This document shows positions 10,281-20,480 of a DNA stretch of 64,000 bases, piece after piece. The notes beneath the pieces were generated by a model that was not told the DNA's origin, did not search any database, and saw nothing but the letters and a program-made list of their open reading frames with translations. Positions within the stretch are counted from its first letter, which is position 1; every line of letters starts with the position of its first letter. A program made the position numbers and the translations under genes. The stretch spans positions 276,173 to 340,172 of IMG/VR virus record IMGVR_UViG_3300042473_001265; one strand, given 5' to 3'.

Positions 10281-11864
10281 TTGGCTATTGTACAAATTTC
10301 GCGAATTACCCAGCGTAAAGGGTTACAAGAAGATCTACCGCAATTGGCAGGCGCTGAATTGGGATGGAGTATCGACGAACGCAGATTGTTCATTGGTAAC
10401 GGAACATTGGAAGAAGGTGCTCCAGTAATTGGTAATACAGAAATTCTCACTGAATTTTCTGACTTATTGTATCTGGTGCAAGATTATGTATATTCGGGCC
10501 AAGAAGCCACCGGATACACAGTACAAACAGGTGCAACACCCGGAACTCCGGTTCAACTGTCCTTGCAAAACTGGATGGATCAATTTGCCACAGTCAAAGA
10601 CTTTGGTGCAGTTGGCAACGGTGTTGCTGACGACACTGCGGCCATTAACCGCGCACTTTATCAATTGTACTGTAGAGAAGTGAATCCTGCAATTCGTAGA
10701 AGTTTATTCTTTCCAGCTGGCATTTACAAAGTTTCAGGCACTATTGTTATTCCACCCTATGCCACACTGATTGGCGAAGGCCCCAAGAACAGTATTATTC
10801 AACTGACAGCAACTGCCACAGCAGTTTACACAATGCAGACTGGCGACAGCCTACAACAGACCGGTGTCAACATTGGCACCAATGGCGCTCAACCTCCAAT
10901 AAGTGTCACATGTGAAAATATGGCCTTTGCCAGTCTCAAAGCAACAGATGTTGCATGTATAGAACAGGCAACTGAATTTGTGTTTAATCAGGTTGAATTC
11001 CTTGGACCATTGACCACTGTTGATTTGACATCGGCTGTGGCCGATATTTCGTGTGTTAAATTTATCAGTACTGCTGCCAATGACACGCATCAGATCAAGT
11101 TTGACAACTGTACATTCTCCGGCTGTACCTATGGCATGCGAACAGATCAGCAGGTGCGTGGTATTGACTTTACTGGATCACATTTCTCCACACTGTTCGA
11201 AGGCATACTGGTTGAGCCAAACCCCCTGGGTTCTGCCTATGACCCGCGTGGTATTGGCATACAAAGTTGCGACTTTGATACTATCTATGCTCGCGGCATT
11301 GTGTTTGAAGTGGAACGCAATGCCACTGCACAAAATACATTCGGTGATGTCGGCAACCACTTTGGTGGTGTCACACAGCCCTACACTGCCATTATTGATT
11401 TTGTATCGCCCAACAACATCAGCGTTGGCGATATTTTTGATCGACCAGACCAATATGCCACACTGTATCCCAGAGTTGATTTGAATGGCACTGCCAGCAT
11501 TGCGTTTACCAATGGTCAACAGTTGGCCATGGGTCCGTATGTGCGAGAATCTGGCCTCACAGCAACATTGAACAACAATGTAACTTCGCCCACTGCTGCT
11601 TTTTCTTACAGTGAACTTGACACCTGGTCACTCAACATTGATTACAGCATTTCTAGAAGCACTGCATATAGAACTGGCAGAATTACTGTTGTTTTATTTG
11701 ACGGCGCCGGTGCGCTAACATACACTGATGATTTTTCTGAAAATACTTCTACTGGCATCACGCTGACAGTGTCACAGACCGGTAATGAAATTTTTGTAAA
11801 CTACGTCAGCACAAATACCGGCACCGGTGGATCGATAACCTACAGCATAAACCATATACATTGA
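10281..11864 (+). CDS. Tail/baseplate-associated protein: Mtd-like N-terminal anchor plus pectate-lyase-3-like beta-helix
   Basis: PQLAGAELGWSIDERRLFIGNG; VKDFGAVGNGVADDTAAI; late motif CTAAATA at 10251. Confidence 0.75.
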   Translation: MAIVQISRITQRKGLQEDLPQLAGAELGWSIDERRLFIGNGTLEEGAPVIGNTEILTEFSDLLYLVQDYVYSGQEATGYTVQTGATPGTPVQLSLQNWMDQFATVKDFGAVGNGVADDTAAINRALYQLYCREVNPAIRRSLFFPAGIYKVSGTIVIPPYATLIGEGPKNSIIQLTATATAVYTMQTGDSLQQTGVNIGTNGAQPPISVTCENMAFASLKATDVACIEQATEFVFNQVEFLGPLTTVDLTSAVADISCVKFISTAANDTHQIKFDNCTFSGCTYGMRTDQQVRGIDFTGSHFSTLFEGILVEPNPLGSAYDPRGIGIQSCDFDTIYARGIVFEVERNATAQNTFGDVGNHFGGVTQPYTAIIDFVSPNNISVGDIFDRPDQYATLYPRVDLNGTASIAFTNGQQLAMGPYVRESGLTATLNNNVTSPTAAFSYSELDTWSLNIDYSISRSTAYRTGRITVVLFDGAGALTYTDDFSENTSTGITLTVSQTGNEIFVNYVSTNTGTGGSITYSINHIH

Positions 11865-12289
11865 AGTGGCCTGCAACATTTGAAGCAAGACTCGACAGCT
11901 GGAATCAACTTCGAACACAAGTTGCTGACCAGCCTGTTGAATCGGCACTGGAAACCATTAACTCTTGGTGGTTTCAATCTCCTTGGACTGCTTACCATTT
12001 GCACTGGGACGACCAAATCACTTGGCCGGATCCTTGGCAGTTGTTGAGCGACAACATGTATTGTGAGGTTGCAAGAGGGCTGGGAATCCTGTATACTATA
12101 ACATGCTTGAATCGTGGCGATATGGACTCTGCAGAGCTGGTTTTGACCAATGATGGCCGTAATTTAGTCCTCGTGGACAAATCTAAATATATACTGAATT
12201 GGGACCGGACAGTTGTATTAAATACCAGCTCGGAGATAGAAGTCAAGAAGAGCCTGCACCAGTCACAGATAACACAGCAGTACAAGTAA
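11861..12289 (+). CDS. Hypothetical Trp-rich protein
   Basis: 142 aa ORF with TTG start overlapping the previous stop. Confidence 0.65.
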   Translation: MKWPATFEARLDSWNQLRTQVADQPVESALETINSWWFQSPWTAYHLHWDDQITWPDPWQLLSDNMYCEVARGLGILYTITCLNRGDMDSAELVLTNDGRNLVLVDKSKYILNWDRTVVLNTSSEIEVKKSLHQSQITQQYK

Positions 12290-12306
12290 AATAACAAGAG
12301 AAGTAA

Positions 12307-14625
12307 ATGTCAACAATCAATGTAGTAAAACGAAGCGGTCGGCGCGAGATCATGGCCATCGAAAAATGGCAAACCCAAGTAGCAAAAGTGTGCCAAGGCA
12401 TAGCAGATGTCAGCCAAAGTATGGTGGAGATCAAAGCACAATTGCATTTCTACGATGGTATCACCACCAAAGAAATTGACGGTATCACACTTAGAGCTAT
12501 TGTGGATTTGATCGATGTTGAATCAAATCCTGATGTGGGCCATACCAACTATCAATATGTGGCCGGCAAACAAAGACTTAGCATGTTGAGAAAAGATGTG
12601 TACGGCAGCTATGATGTGCCATCACTGTACACGATTGTAAAAAAGAATGTGGCCACTGGCCTGTACACTCCTGAGCTGCTGGAATGGTACACTGAAGATG
12701 ATTGGAACCGAATGGATTCTTTCATTGACCACAGCAAAGATGAACTGTATGGTTATGCAGCCATTGAACAGCTGATTGAAAAATATCTAGTTAAAAATCG
12801 TTCAACAGGACAAATTTATGAAACTCCACAAATTAGATACATGGTCGCGGCCGCTACTGTATTTCACTCAGAAGAACCGAACACAGCGAGAATGCGCTTC
12901 ATCAAAGAATACTACAACGCTGCCAGTGATGGGCTATTTACTCTTGCTACTCCTGTTCTTGCTGGGCTTGGTACTCCTACGAAACAATTTTCATCTTGCG
13001 TTCTTATTAGATCAGATGATGATTTGGATAGTATTTTCGCGTCTGGTGAAATGATGGCCAAGTATGCCAGCAAGCGAGCTGGCATTGGATTAGAGATTGG
13101 TAGATTGCGTCCACTAGGTTCGCCCATTCGTGGTGGTGAGATCATGCACACAGGTATGATACCATTCTTGAAGAAATGGTTTGGAGATTTGCGTAGTTGT
13201 AGTCAAGGAGGTATTCGTAATGCTAGTGCTACTGTGTTTTACCCTATTTGGCATCATCAATTTGATGATCTTATTGTACTCAAGAACAATCAAGGGACTG
13301 AAGAGACCCGAGTTCGACACATGGATTATGGAGTCGTATTGTCAGCATTCTTCTGGAGACGATTTAAAAACAAAGAAGACATAACATTCTTTGATCCTAA
13401 CGAAGTGCCCGACTTGTATCAAGCGTTCTATAGTAATACAGAACTATTCGAAGAACTTTATGTAAAGTATGAAAAGCAATCTGGCCTGCGTAAGAAAACT
13501 ATGAGTGCTGAAGAAGTATTTAAATCAGGCATCTTGAAGGAGCGCACAGACACTGGACGCATCTATCTAGTGTTCATTGACAATGTGATGAAGCAAGGAC
13601 CGTTTGATCCTGAATACCACACCATTTACCAAAGTAACCTTTGTTGTGAAATACTTTTACCTACTCGTTCTTTTAAGCGTCTCGATGATGCTGATGGGCG
13701 CATCGCTTTATGCACTCTTGGTTCAATTAATTGGGGTGCCTTCCGTAATCCTGAAGATATGCGCAGGGCTTGTCGCATTCTACATAGAAGCCTCAATAAT
13801 ATACTGGACTATCAAGATTTCCTATCAATTCAGTCGAAGTTGAGCAACGATGAAATCAGACCACTGGGAATTGGTATCACCAATCTTGCCTACTGGCATG
13901 CCAAGCGTAGTTTGAAATATGGTGAGAAGGATGCTCTGGCAGAAGTCAAAACTTGGATGGAACATCAGACATATTATCTAACTGAGATGAGTGTTGAACT
14001 GGCTGAGGAGCGAGGCCGATGTGAAGGCAGTGATCACACACGCTATGGCCAAGGACAGTTTCCCTGGGAACTTCGTGCAGTAGGAGTCAATGAACTGACT
14101 GATTTTACCCCGGAACTTGAATGGGAAACACTTCGTGCTAGAATGAAAGTGAGTGGCGTTCGTAATGCTACTAATGGAGCAATTGCTCCTGTTGAATCCA
14201 GTTCGGTGGCCATCAACTCAACCAACGGCATTGAAATGCCCATGAGCCTGATCACTGTGAAAGAAAGCAAGGCCGGCAGTTTGATTCAAGTGGCGCCCGA
14301 ATACAACCGGTTGAAAAACAAATATCAACTGATGTGGGCACAAAAAGATTGTGATGGCTACTTGAAAACAGCCGCAGTACTAGCTGCCTATGTGGACCAA
14401 AGCATCAGTACCAACACATTCTACAATCCTGCACACTTTGCAGATCGTAAGGTACCAACAACTCTAATTGCTCGGAACTTGATGCAGTCGCACTACTGGG
14501 GTCTAAAAACTTTCTACTACAGCCTGATCAACAAAGCAGGTAGCAAAGGTCAAGACGAAGTTGTTGCACCATTGGAAGCGATTGAGTTTGATGATCAAGA
14601 AGATTGCGAGGCATGCAAGCTCTAG
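12307..14625 (+). CDS. nrdA: Ribonucleotide reductase class Ia alpha subunit
   Basis: ATP-cone, FSSC, SNLCCE, LCTL, TFYY and C-terminal CEAC; no intein-size insertion. Confidence 0.97.
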   Translation: MSTINVVKRSGRREIMAIEKWQTQVAKVCQGIADVSQSMVEIKAQLHFYDGITTKEIDGITLRAIVDLIDVESNPDVGHTNYQYVAGKQRLSMLRKDVYGSYDVPSLYTIVKKNVATGLYTPELLEWYTEDDWNRMDSFIDHSKDELYGYAAIEQLIEKYLVKNRSTGQIYETPQIRYMVAAATVFHSEEPNTARMRFIKEYYNAASDGLFTLATPVLAGLGTPTKQFSSCVLIRSDDDLDSIFASGEMMAKYASKRAGIGLEIGRLRPLGSPIRGGEIMHTGMIPFLKKWFGDLRSCSQGGIRNASATVFYPIWHHQFDDLIVLKNNQGTEETRVRHMDYGVVLSAFFWRRFKNKEDITFFDPNEVPDLYQAFYSNTELFEELYVKYEKQSGLRKKTMSAEEVFKSGILKERTDTGRIYLVFIDNVMKQGPFDPEYHTIYQSNLCCEILLPTRSFKRLDDADGRIALCTLGSINWGAFRNPEDMRRACRILHRSLNNILDYQDFLSIQSKLSNDEIRPLGIGITNLAYWHAKRSLKYGEKDALAEVKTWMEHQTYYLTEMSVELAEERGRCEGSDHTRYGQGQFPWELRAVGVNELTDFTPELEWETLRARMKVSGVRNATNGAIAPVESSSVAINSTNGIEMPMSLITVKESKAGSLIQVAPEYNRLKNKYQLMWAQKDCDGYLKTAAVLAAYVDQSISTNTFYNPAHFADRKVPTTLIARNLMQSHYWGLKTFYYSLINKAGSKGQDEVVAPLEAIEFDDQEDCEACKL

Positions 14626-14636
14626 CATGAAATGGT

Positions 14637-15134
14637 ATGAAAATAAATGAACTGTTAGAAAGTGCAGATGACATAGAGTTCAAGGCAAAAACTCTTGCTG
14701 TTGATGCACACAAGAACCAAAAATACGGTGTACACCCTTATGTCACTCATTTGGCGGATGTTGTTGCCCGTGTTAAAACAATTACACAAGACCCGGAAAT
14801 AATTGCTGCTGCTTGGTTGCATGATATAGTGGAAGATACAGATGTTACCTTAGAACAAATCAAACAACAATTTGGTGATAATGTTGCCAATATAGTTTGG
14901 GCAGTGACAGGACGCGGAGAGAACCGAAAAGAAAAAATGGCAAATGCCATTGCCAAGATTGCTCAAACTCCGGGAAGTGAATTGGTAAAGAGTGCAGACC
15001 GATTGAGCAATGTTTCTGCCAGTTTAGCAAACAATCCAAAAAAACTTAAAATGTACCGAGATGAACACAAGGATTTGAGTCCAGTCTTGGGCAATAATGC
15101 ATTGGCTTTAGAGCTAGTGGATTTATTTAAATAA
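14637..15134 (+). CDS. Stand-alone RelA/SpoT-type HD hydrolase (small alarmone hydrolase-like)
   Basis: PYVTH, AAWLHDIVEDT, VKSADRLSN; leader MKINELLES. Confidence 0.85.
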   Translation: MKINELLESADDIEFKAKTLAVDAHKNQKYGVHPYVTHLADVVARVKTITQDPEIIAAAWLHDIVEDTDVTLEQIKQQFGDNVANIVWAVTGRGENRKEKMANAIAKIAQTPGSELVKSADRLSNVSASLANNPKKLKMYRDEHKDLSPVLGNNALALELVDLFK

Positions 15135-15149
15135 AGAAAATAAATCGTA

Positions 15150-15248
15150 ATGTTAGAAACCATTTGTGATGTGATGTTGGATGCGTACGAGCGCAATTGG
15201 TCAGCCGGTGATGATTGGTTTTACTCCATTGATGCAAAAAAAGAATAA
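15150..15248 (+). pseudogene. 32-codon ORF MLETICDVMLDAYERNWSAGDDWFYSIDAKKE, possible deletion remnant
   Basis: Fills the nrdA-nrdB gap; first half resembles the start of phage class II aldolase-like genes (from memory, unverified). Confidence 0.4.
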
Positions 15249-15263
15249 CAGGAAAATATTAAA

Positions 15264-16364
15264 ATGAGCCAAGCGCAATACAACTTAAAAACAAAAACAG
15301 ATTATCTCAATCGTAAGATGTTTCTGGATCCTGCGGGTCCTGTGACCATTCAACGCTTTGAAGAAGTCAAATACAACAAGATTGTAAAATTTGAACAAGA
15401 GGCTCGCGGATTCTTCTGGGTGCCCGAGGAAGTCAGCCTGACCAAGGATGCCAACGACTTCAAGGAAGCCAGCAGCACAGTCAAACATATTTTTACATCA
15501 AACCTGCTGCGTCAAACAGCACTGGACAGTTTACAAGGTCGTGGACCCACACAGGTGTTTACTCCTGTGGTATCAATTCCTGAATTAGAAGCCTTAATGT
15601 ACAACTGGGGATTCTTTGAAACCAACATTCACAGTAGAAGTTACAGTCACATCATCCGTAACATCTACAATGTGCCCAAGGATGTGTTCAGCACAATCCA
15701 TGACACAAAAGAAATTGTTGAAATGGCCAGTACAATTGGCCTGTATTATGATCGCCTGCACATGATCAACTGCCGCAAAGAACTACAAGAAGATTTTGAC
15801 GAATATGAACACATCAAAGCCATCTGGTTAGCACTGAATGCCAGCTACGGACTAGAAGCGTTCAGATTCATGGTCAGCTTTGCCACCAGCTTGGCCATGG
15901 TTGAGAACAGAATCTTCATTGGCAATGGCAATATCATCAGCTTGATACTGCAAGACGAAATTCTACACAAGGACTGGACAGCCTGGATCATCAATCAGGT
16001 GGTCAAAGAAGATCCACGCTTTGCCCGAGCCAAGCAAGAATGCGAAGCCGAAGTGTATCAAATGTATCTAGATGTGATTCGTGAAGAAAAAGCCTGGGCC
16101 GACTATTTGTTCAATCAAGGTCCAGTGATTGGACTCAATGCCAACATTCTCAAAGACTTTGTGGACTACACAGCCGTGGGCGCACTGAAAGAAATTGGTA
16201 TCAAGTATCAAGAACCTGCACCTCGTTCAACCCCCATTCCGTGGTTCAACAAGCATACAAACACAGCCAACAAGCAGACAGCTTTGCAAGAAAATGAAAG
16301 CACAAATTATGTCATTGGCGTGATGTCGTCTGACCTGGACTACGAACAACTACCGGAGCTATAA
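15264..16364 (+). CDS. nrdB: Ribonucleotide reductase class Ia beta subunit
   Basis: FWVPEE, DSLQGR, ExxHSRSY, EAFRF, DExxH di-metal ligands. Confidence 0.96.
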   Translation: MSQAQYNLKTKTDYLNRKMFLDPAGPVTIQRFEEVKYNKIVKFEQEARGFFWVPEEVSLTKDANDFKEASSTVKHIFTSNLLRQTALDSLQGRGPTQVFTPVVSIPELEALMYNWGFFETNIHSRSYSHIIRNIYNVPKDVFSTIHDTKEIVEMASTIGLYYDRLHMINCRKELQEDFDEYEHIKAIWLALNASYGLEAFRFMVSFATSLAMVENRIFIGNGNIISLILQDEILHKDWTAWIINQVVKEDPRFARAKQECEAEVYQMYLDVIREEKAWADYLFNQGPVIGLNANILKDFVDYTAVGALKEIGIKYQEPAPRSTPIPWFNKHTNTANKQTALQENESTNYVIGVMSSDLDYEQLPEL

Positions 16365-16366
16365 AA

Positions 16367-16819
16367 ATGAATGACGATATTCGACAATCTATTGCAGCAA
16401 CCGCACCCGGAGTAGATGATGCCTGGTTTGATGCTGGCGGTTTCCAGACCTACAAACACCCAACACCTATCAGTTATGAAACTGCCACAGACAACGGCAC
16501 AGTAGATACACTAGAAGGACCTGTGGACTACACCGTGGGTCACAAGATCATCACTGGTCCCAAAGGTGAGAAGTATCCTGTGAGCCCCATCAAGTTTGCT
16601 GCATACTACGACGACAATGGTGATGGCACAGCAACACCCAAGAAAATCATGAAGGTGGCAAAGATTGCCGACCATGACGGTGTTGTCCGAGCCAGCTGGG
16701 GAGATTTAAATTATACCAAGGGCAATGACTACATTGTGAAACATGGTCCTGGTGACTACGGTGTTGTGAAAGCAGACATCTTTGCCAAAACATACAACAA
16801 ATCAAAAGAAGGAAAATAA
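16367..16819 (+). CDS. PGDYG-motif protein
   Basis: TLEGP...GPKGEKYPV and HGPGDYGVVKADIFAKTY; two similar halves. Confidence 0.7.
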   Translation: MNDDIRQSIAATAPGVDDAWFDAGGFQTYKHPTPISYETATDNGTVDTLEGPVDYTVGHKIITGPKGEKYPVSPIKFAAYYDDNGDGTATPKKIMKVAKIADHDGVVRASWGDLNYTKGNDYIVKHGPGDYGVVKADIFAKTYNKSKEGK

Positions 16820-17047
16820 ATGAAAGCAATTATATGGTCAAAAGACTCGTGCCCTTACTGTGTTCAAGCCAAGGCGATGTTAGAAAGCCGCGGCATAGAT
16901 TACGAAGAACGCAATATTACACAAGGCACCTGGACCCGAGAACAACTATTAGAAGCTGTACCAACAGCTCGAACACTGCCACAAATCTTCTTGGACCAAG
17001 AACTGGTGGGCGGATTTACAGAACTTAGAAAGAAACTAACAGAATGA
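16820..17047 (+). CDS. Glutaredoxin
   Basis: CPYC active site, TLPQIF, GGF; next to nrdB. Confidence 0.93.
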   Translation: MKAIIWSKDSCPYCVQAKAMLESRGIDYEERNITQGTWTREQLLEAVPTARTLPQIFLDQELVGGFTELRKKLTE

Positions 17048-17349
17048 ATATTGAAAAAACAATGGGACAGGTTTGCACATTTAAACTCAATTCAGGAGAA
17101 GAACTGATTGCAAGAGTAGAACTGATTGAATACAATTTTATCACAGTGAGCGAGCCAGTCAGTGTGGCACCGGGCCCACAAGGACTTGGTCTTGTACCCA
17201 GCGTGTTTACCGCAGAACGAAAGGGTTCTGTCACACTAAATATTAACAATGTTGCAATCTATGCACTCACTGACGAAGAAGTCAAAATGAAGTACATTGA
17301 AGCAACCACTGGCATCCGGGTGCCGGAGAAAAAACTTATACTAGGATAA
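17044..17349 (+). CDS. Hypothetical protein (possible Sm-like beta fold)
   Basis: FKLNSGEELIA pattern; coupled to neighbours. Confidence 0.6.
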   Translation: MNIEKTMGQVCTFKLNSGEELIARVELIEYNFITVSEPVSVAPGPQGLGLVPSVFTAERKGSVTLNINNVAIYALTDEEVKMKYIEATTGIRVPEKKLILG

Positions 17350-17350
17350 C

Positions 17351-17632
17351 ATGCCAGCAGTACAGCGAGTAGGCGATTCAAATTCAGCAGGCGGTCAAGC
17401 CACCGGTGGCGTGGCTTCTGTACGAGTGAATGGCAGTCCTATTGTTGTCGCGGGCAACGGTGTCACTGGGCATGCTCCGTGGGGAAAACCGCATCCTCCA
17501 CATGCTTCTGCCACAGTCAAAGGTGGCAGCGCCACAGTGCGAGCCGGCGGCAAGCCAGTGATCCGAACTGGAGATACCGACACCTGCGGTCATCCACGAT
17601 CAGGTGGTAGCTCCAATGTAAGGGCTGCATAA
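17351..17632 (+). CDS. PAAR-domain spike tip protein
   Basis: PAVQRVGD, VRVNGSPI, VRAGGKPVIRTGD, CGH. Confidence 0.9.
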   Translation: MPAVQRVGDSNSAGGQATGGVASVRVNGSPIVVAGNGVTGHAPWGKPHPPHASATVKGGSATVRAGGKPVIRTGDTDTCGHPRSGGSSNVRAA

Positions 17633-19581
17633 TGGCAGCAATACTAACACCATTGCAATTGCAAGCAGGTGCTGCTCTGCTGCAAAATACAGGAATTGAC
17701 ATTCCTTCTACACTGACAACAGCAATCACCAATTATACCTCGTTGCCGTTGTTGGCAAATTTGATTGCAACCATTGGTAATTCTGGTTCTTTGCCCGGCA
17801 GTACACAAACAGCGCTACAGACATTTGCAGGCAACATTGGCAATAGTTGTCCTGCATTGGCGGATTCCATAGTGACCGGAACTGTGTCGTCGGTGTCGTC
17901 TACCATTGTTGATCCAGGCATGACCGGCATCATTACATTGACTGCTGATGAGTATTTGGGCAACAACAATGTCAGCAAGTTTACACAGATATTCAACACC
18001 GCAGCAGCGTATGCAGACACTACAAATATCTTTATCAACAGTGCTGTAAACGCCAACACTTATCTGGCAGACACATTCACCAACATGAATAGTCTGACCA
18101 CCGGTGGATTGACAGATGTAAATTTGGCAACTCAGGCCATGGGCGATGATTTGTTCAATGCCGGCTATTGGATAAATTTAGGTAACTTGGCCAACCTGGG
18201 ATCACCCTTGGCCTTGATACAACAAATCTCATTACGATCGGGCACAATAACTCCGCTGATTGGCGCATTGTCTGATGCCGGCATAAATGAAAATATCATA
18301 TTGAACCTAAGCAACAATGATTTAATTGTCACTGACGATGTGCAAAAAATCATGTACTTGGCACTGACAGCCATAACAGGCTCTACGCTAGAACAGATAC
18401 TGCAAACACTTGGCATATGGACACCCAACATCAATTCATTGGCAGATTTATTAAACCCAGCCATAATGCTGCCCAACAGTTATGCGTCATTGACAACAGC
18501 CACTGCTGATGGTCTTCGTGGCATCTATATAACACCCGAACCTGTGCCACCCTACAGCACTTTAGATCAAGAAGCCGCAGCACGAGTAGTTGAACGCCCA
18601 TTGGCATGTGCAGTGCGACAAAGTTCCACGATTCCCACCACCAACAACACCAGCTCAGGTGTATTTTACACAGTGAATTCTAATTTGGAAACTACACTGC
18701 CACCGTTTGGTATAAGTCTTGAGCGCTTGTCCATCATAACTGAGCCTGGCCTGGCTTTGGCTAACAAAGCGCTTGCCAATGCTCTATTGCAAATTACCAA
18801 CATCAGCAGAATGACATTGCCACAGTTGTCAGATGCATTCTTGGCAGTGGAAACAAACACTGACTTGCCAGATATCACTGCACAGACTCAGGCTGTTCCG
18901 CAAACAGATTTAGATTACTATGCCAACACCTATGCCACGGGTTCTGGCGACAACGGCACAATACTGATAACAGATATTCTTGGCACAGCAGTGGGCACCA
19001 ACATCATTGACAGTTTAAACAATTCTGTCACAGTTATCAATTCACTGTATGCTGCTGGTCAGCTGACCAATCTAATTACCATTTACAACAACATGTTGGG
19101 GAATGTGGCATCGGACGCCACAATACTGACCTTGATTGGGCAAGCACAAACTGAAATTGGAAATATTATCACGGCCAACCCTACACAGACCACAGAACTC
19201 AACACATACTTCTCAGCAATCAGTTCACAGATAACGTCAGAAGTCTCTTTCCAAACAGCAGCCGCAATAGATGTTGCAAATGTTGTGGCCAGTCAAACCT
19301 CCACTCAAAGTTTTATATTCTCTTTGCCCAGCTACGGCGTTGATACCAAAGTAGGTGGCACTGCGCAATATCTCGAAGATGTTGCCAATGTGGCCACAGC
19401 AGGCGGACAAGCAATAGTGGCCACCTTGAGAGAAGGACGCAGCAAGTTAGGACTAAACAGTTCAGGCGTAGGAACCGCATCCAATGTTGTGCCTGCTGAT
19501 CCAGATCAAATACCACCACAGGCAAATTTGATACCGTCCATAGTGAGCGAAAGCGCTGCCCGGGCCAATGTAGTTTACTAA
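17632..19581 (+). CDS. Large Thr/Ala/Asn-rich protein, probable tail/baseplate component
   Basis: 649 aa, directly after PAAR, composition typical of virion proteins. Confidence 0.65.
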   Translation: MAAILTPLQLQAGAALLQNTGIDIPSTLTTAITNYTSLPLLANLIATIGNSGSLPGSTQTALQTFAGNIGNSCPALADSIVTGTVSSVSSTIVDPGMTGIITLTADEYLGNNNVSKFTQIFNTAAAYADTTNIFINSAVNANTYLADTFTNMNSLTTGGLTDVNLATQAMGDDLFNAGYWINLGNLANLGSPLALIQQISLRSGTITPLIGALSDAGINENIILNLSNNDLIVTDDVQKIMYLALTAITGSTLEQILQTLGIWTPNINSLADLLNPAIMLPNSYASLTTATADGLRGIYITPEPVPPYSTLDQEAAARVVERPLACAVRQSSTIPTTNNTSSGVFYTVNSNLETTLPPFGISLERLSIITEPGLALANKALANALLQITNISRMTLPQLSDAFLAVETNTDLPDITAQTQAVPQTDLDYYANTYATGSGDNGTILITDILGTAVGTNIIDSLNNSVTVINSLYAAGQLTNLITIYNNMLGNVASDATILTLIGQAQTEIGNIITANPTQTTELNTYFSAISSQITSEVSFQTAAAIDVANVVASQTSTQSFIFSLPSYGVDTKVGGTAQYLEDVANVATAGGQAIVATLREGRSKLGLNSSGVGTASNVVPADPDQIPPQANLIPSIVSESAARANVVY

Positions 19582-19605
19582 TCTGTTGCTAAAAAACAAC
19601 AAAAA

Positions 19606-19630
19606 TTACCCCAAAATCAGGGGTTTTTTT
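19606..19630 (+). terminator. Intrinsic terminator
   Basis: ACCCC/GGGGT stem followed by a T-run. Confidence 0.7.
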
Positions 19631-19644
19631 GTGGCATAAAACGG

Positions 19645-19673
19645 TTGACCCAAAATCGCCATTCTGCTATAAT
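19645..19673 (+). promoter_or_regulatory. Sigma70-type early promoter
   Basis: TTGACC-17 nt-TATAAT. Confidence 0.9.
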
Positions 19674-19679
19674 ACAGTT

Positions 19680-19913
19680 ATGAAATTAGATGTTAACGAA
19701 ATTTTGCAGTGGGCCGGCGCTGTATTCATAGTGGCCGGGCATAGCCTGAACGCCATGGGCCCGGAGGCTTACCCCTACAATATACTTACATTCTTTGTGG
19801 GAACAATACTGTTTCTAGCATGGACTATTCGTGTTGCAAATAAACCACAAATGTTTGTGAATCTTGTAAGTGTAGCCATTGGCTTTTCTGGGCTGGTAAA
19901 AGCATTTGGTTGA
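19680..19913 (+). CDS. Small membrane protein (three hydrophobic segments)
   Basis: Start moved to ATG 19680, 6 nt after the -10; stop TGA lies in the next -35. Confidence 0.7.
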   Translation: MKLDVNEILQWAGAVFIVAGHSLNAMGPEAYPYNILTFFVGTILFLAWTIRVANKPQMFVNLVSVAIGFSGLVKAFG

Positions 19914-19938
19914 CTCAAAATTGCCATTCTGCTATAAT
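19910..19938 (+). promoter_or_regulatory. Sigma70-type early promoter
   Basis: TTGACT-17 nt-TATAAT; spacer nearly identical to 19645. Confidence 0.9.
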
Positions 19939-19968
19939 TAATGCATAAACAGCAAACAGGAGCCAGAG

Positions 19969-20193
19969 ATGATCAAGCAATTTGTCCAAGTTAGTGCCCA
20001 CAGAGACAGCAACAATTTTGCTCATTGCAGTAATCTAAGCCTGATGGCTGATCGCGATATGAGCGCCACACAGGCCCTGCACTACCTGCAGGTCATGGCC
20101 GATGACTATGCCCAGCGCGGATATGCCATCGAATGGATCCGCGAAGACTTTGATGCAGTGTACGAAGAAATGTACGGAGAATTGTTTGCCTAA
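19969..20193 (+). CDS. Hypothetical protein
   Basis: SD CAGGAG and own promoter. Confidence 0.75.
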   Translation: MIKQFVQVSAHRDSNNFAHCSNLSLMADRDMSATQALHYLQVMADDYAQRGYAIEWIREDFDAVYEEMYGELFA

Positions 20194-20199
20194 TTTTGG

Positions 20200-20228
20200 T
20201 TGACCCAAAATTGCCATTCTGCTATAAT
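20200..20228 (+). promoter_or_regulatory. Sigma70-type early promoter
   Basis: TTGACC-17 nt-TATAAT. Confidence 0.9.
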
Positions 20229-20258
20229 ATACATACACAGACACAAAAGGAGTTGATT

Positions 20259-20480
20259 ATGGGCTACAAGGTACTGGCAGACAAATTCGAGACAGACCTG
20301 ATGCGTGTCAAATACGGTCCACGGGCGGGACTTGAAGGTCCGTTCAACTTCTCGGGTCGTGTGCTCTACTATGATGTCAAACAAGGTCAGTACTATGATC
20401 CAACCACAGACTTCTATGTGGAACGCGACGAGATGGACATGATCAACAACAGTTTGATGGCGGTACTGGCGGCAGCATGA
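20259..20480 (+). CDS. Hypothetical protein
   Basis: Start moved to ATG 20259 after SD AAGGAG. Confidence 0.75.
   Translation: MGYKVLADKFETDLMRVKYGPRAGLEGPFNFSGRVLYYDVKQGQYYDPTTDFYVERDEMDMINNSLMAVLAAA

Noticed and set aside
12307-16364. Intein or intron in nrdA/nrdB
   Set aside because: Both ORFs are continuous, of normal length, with all catalytic motifs.
19629-20258. ORF-track starts at 19629 and 20196 (also 48670, 54727)
   Set aside because: These extensions run through promoter DNA; downstream starts fit the promoter or SD.
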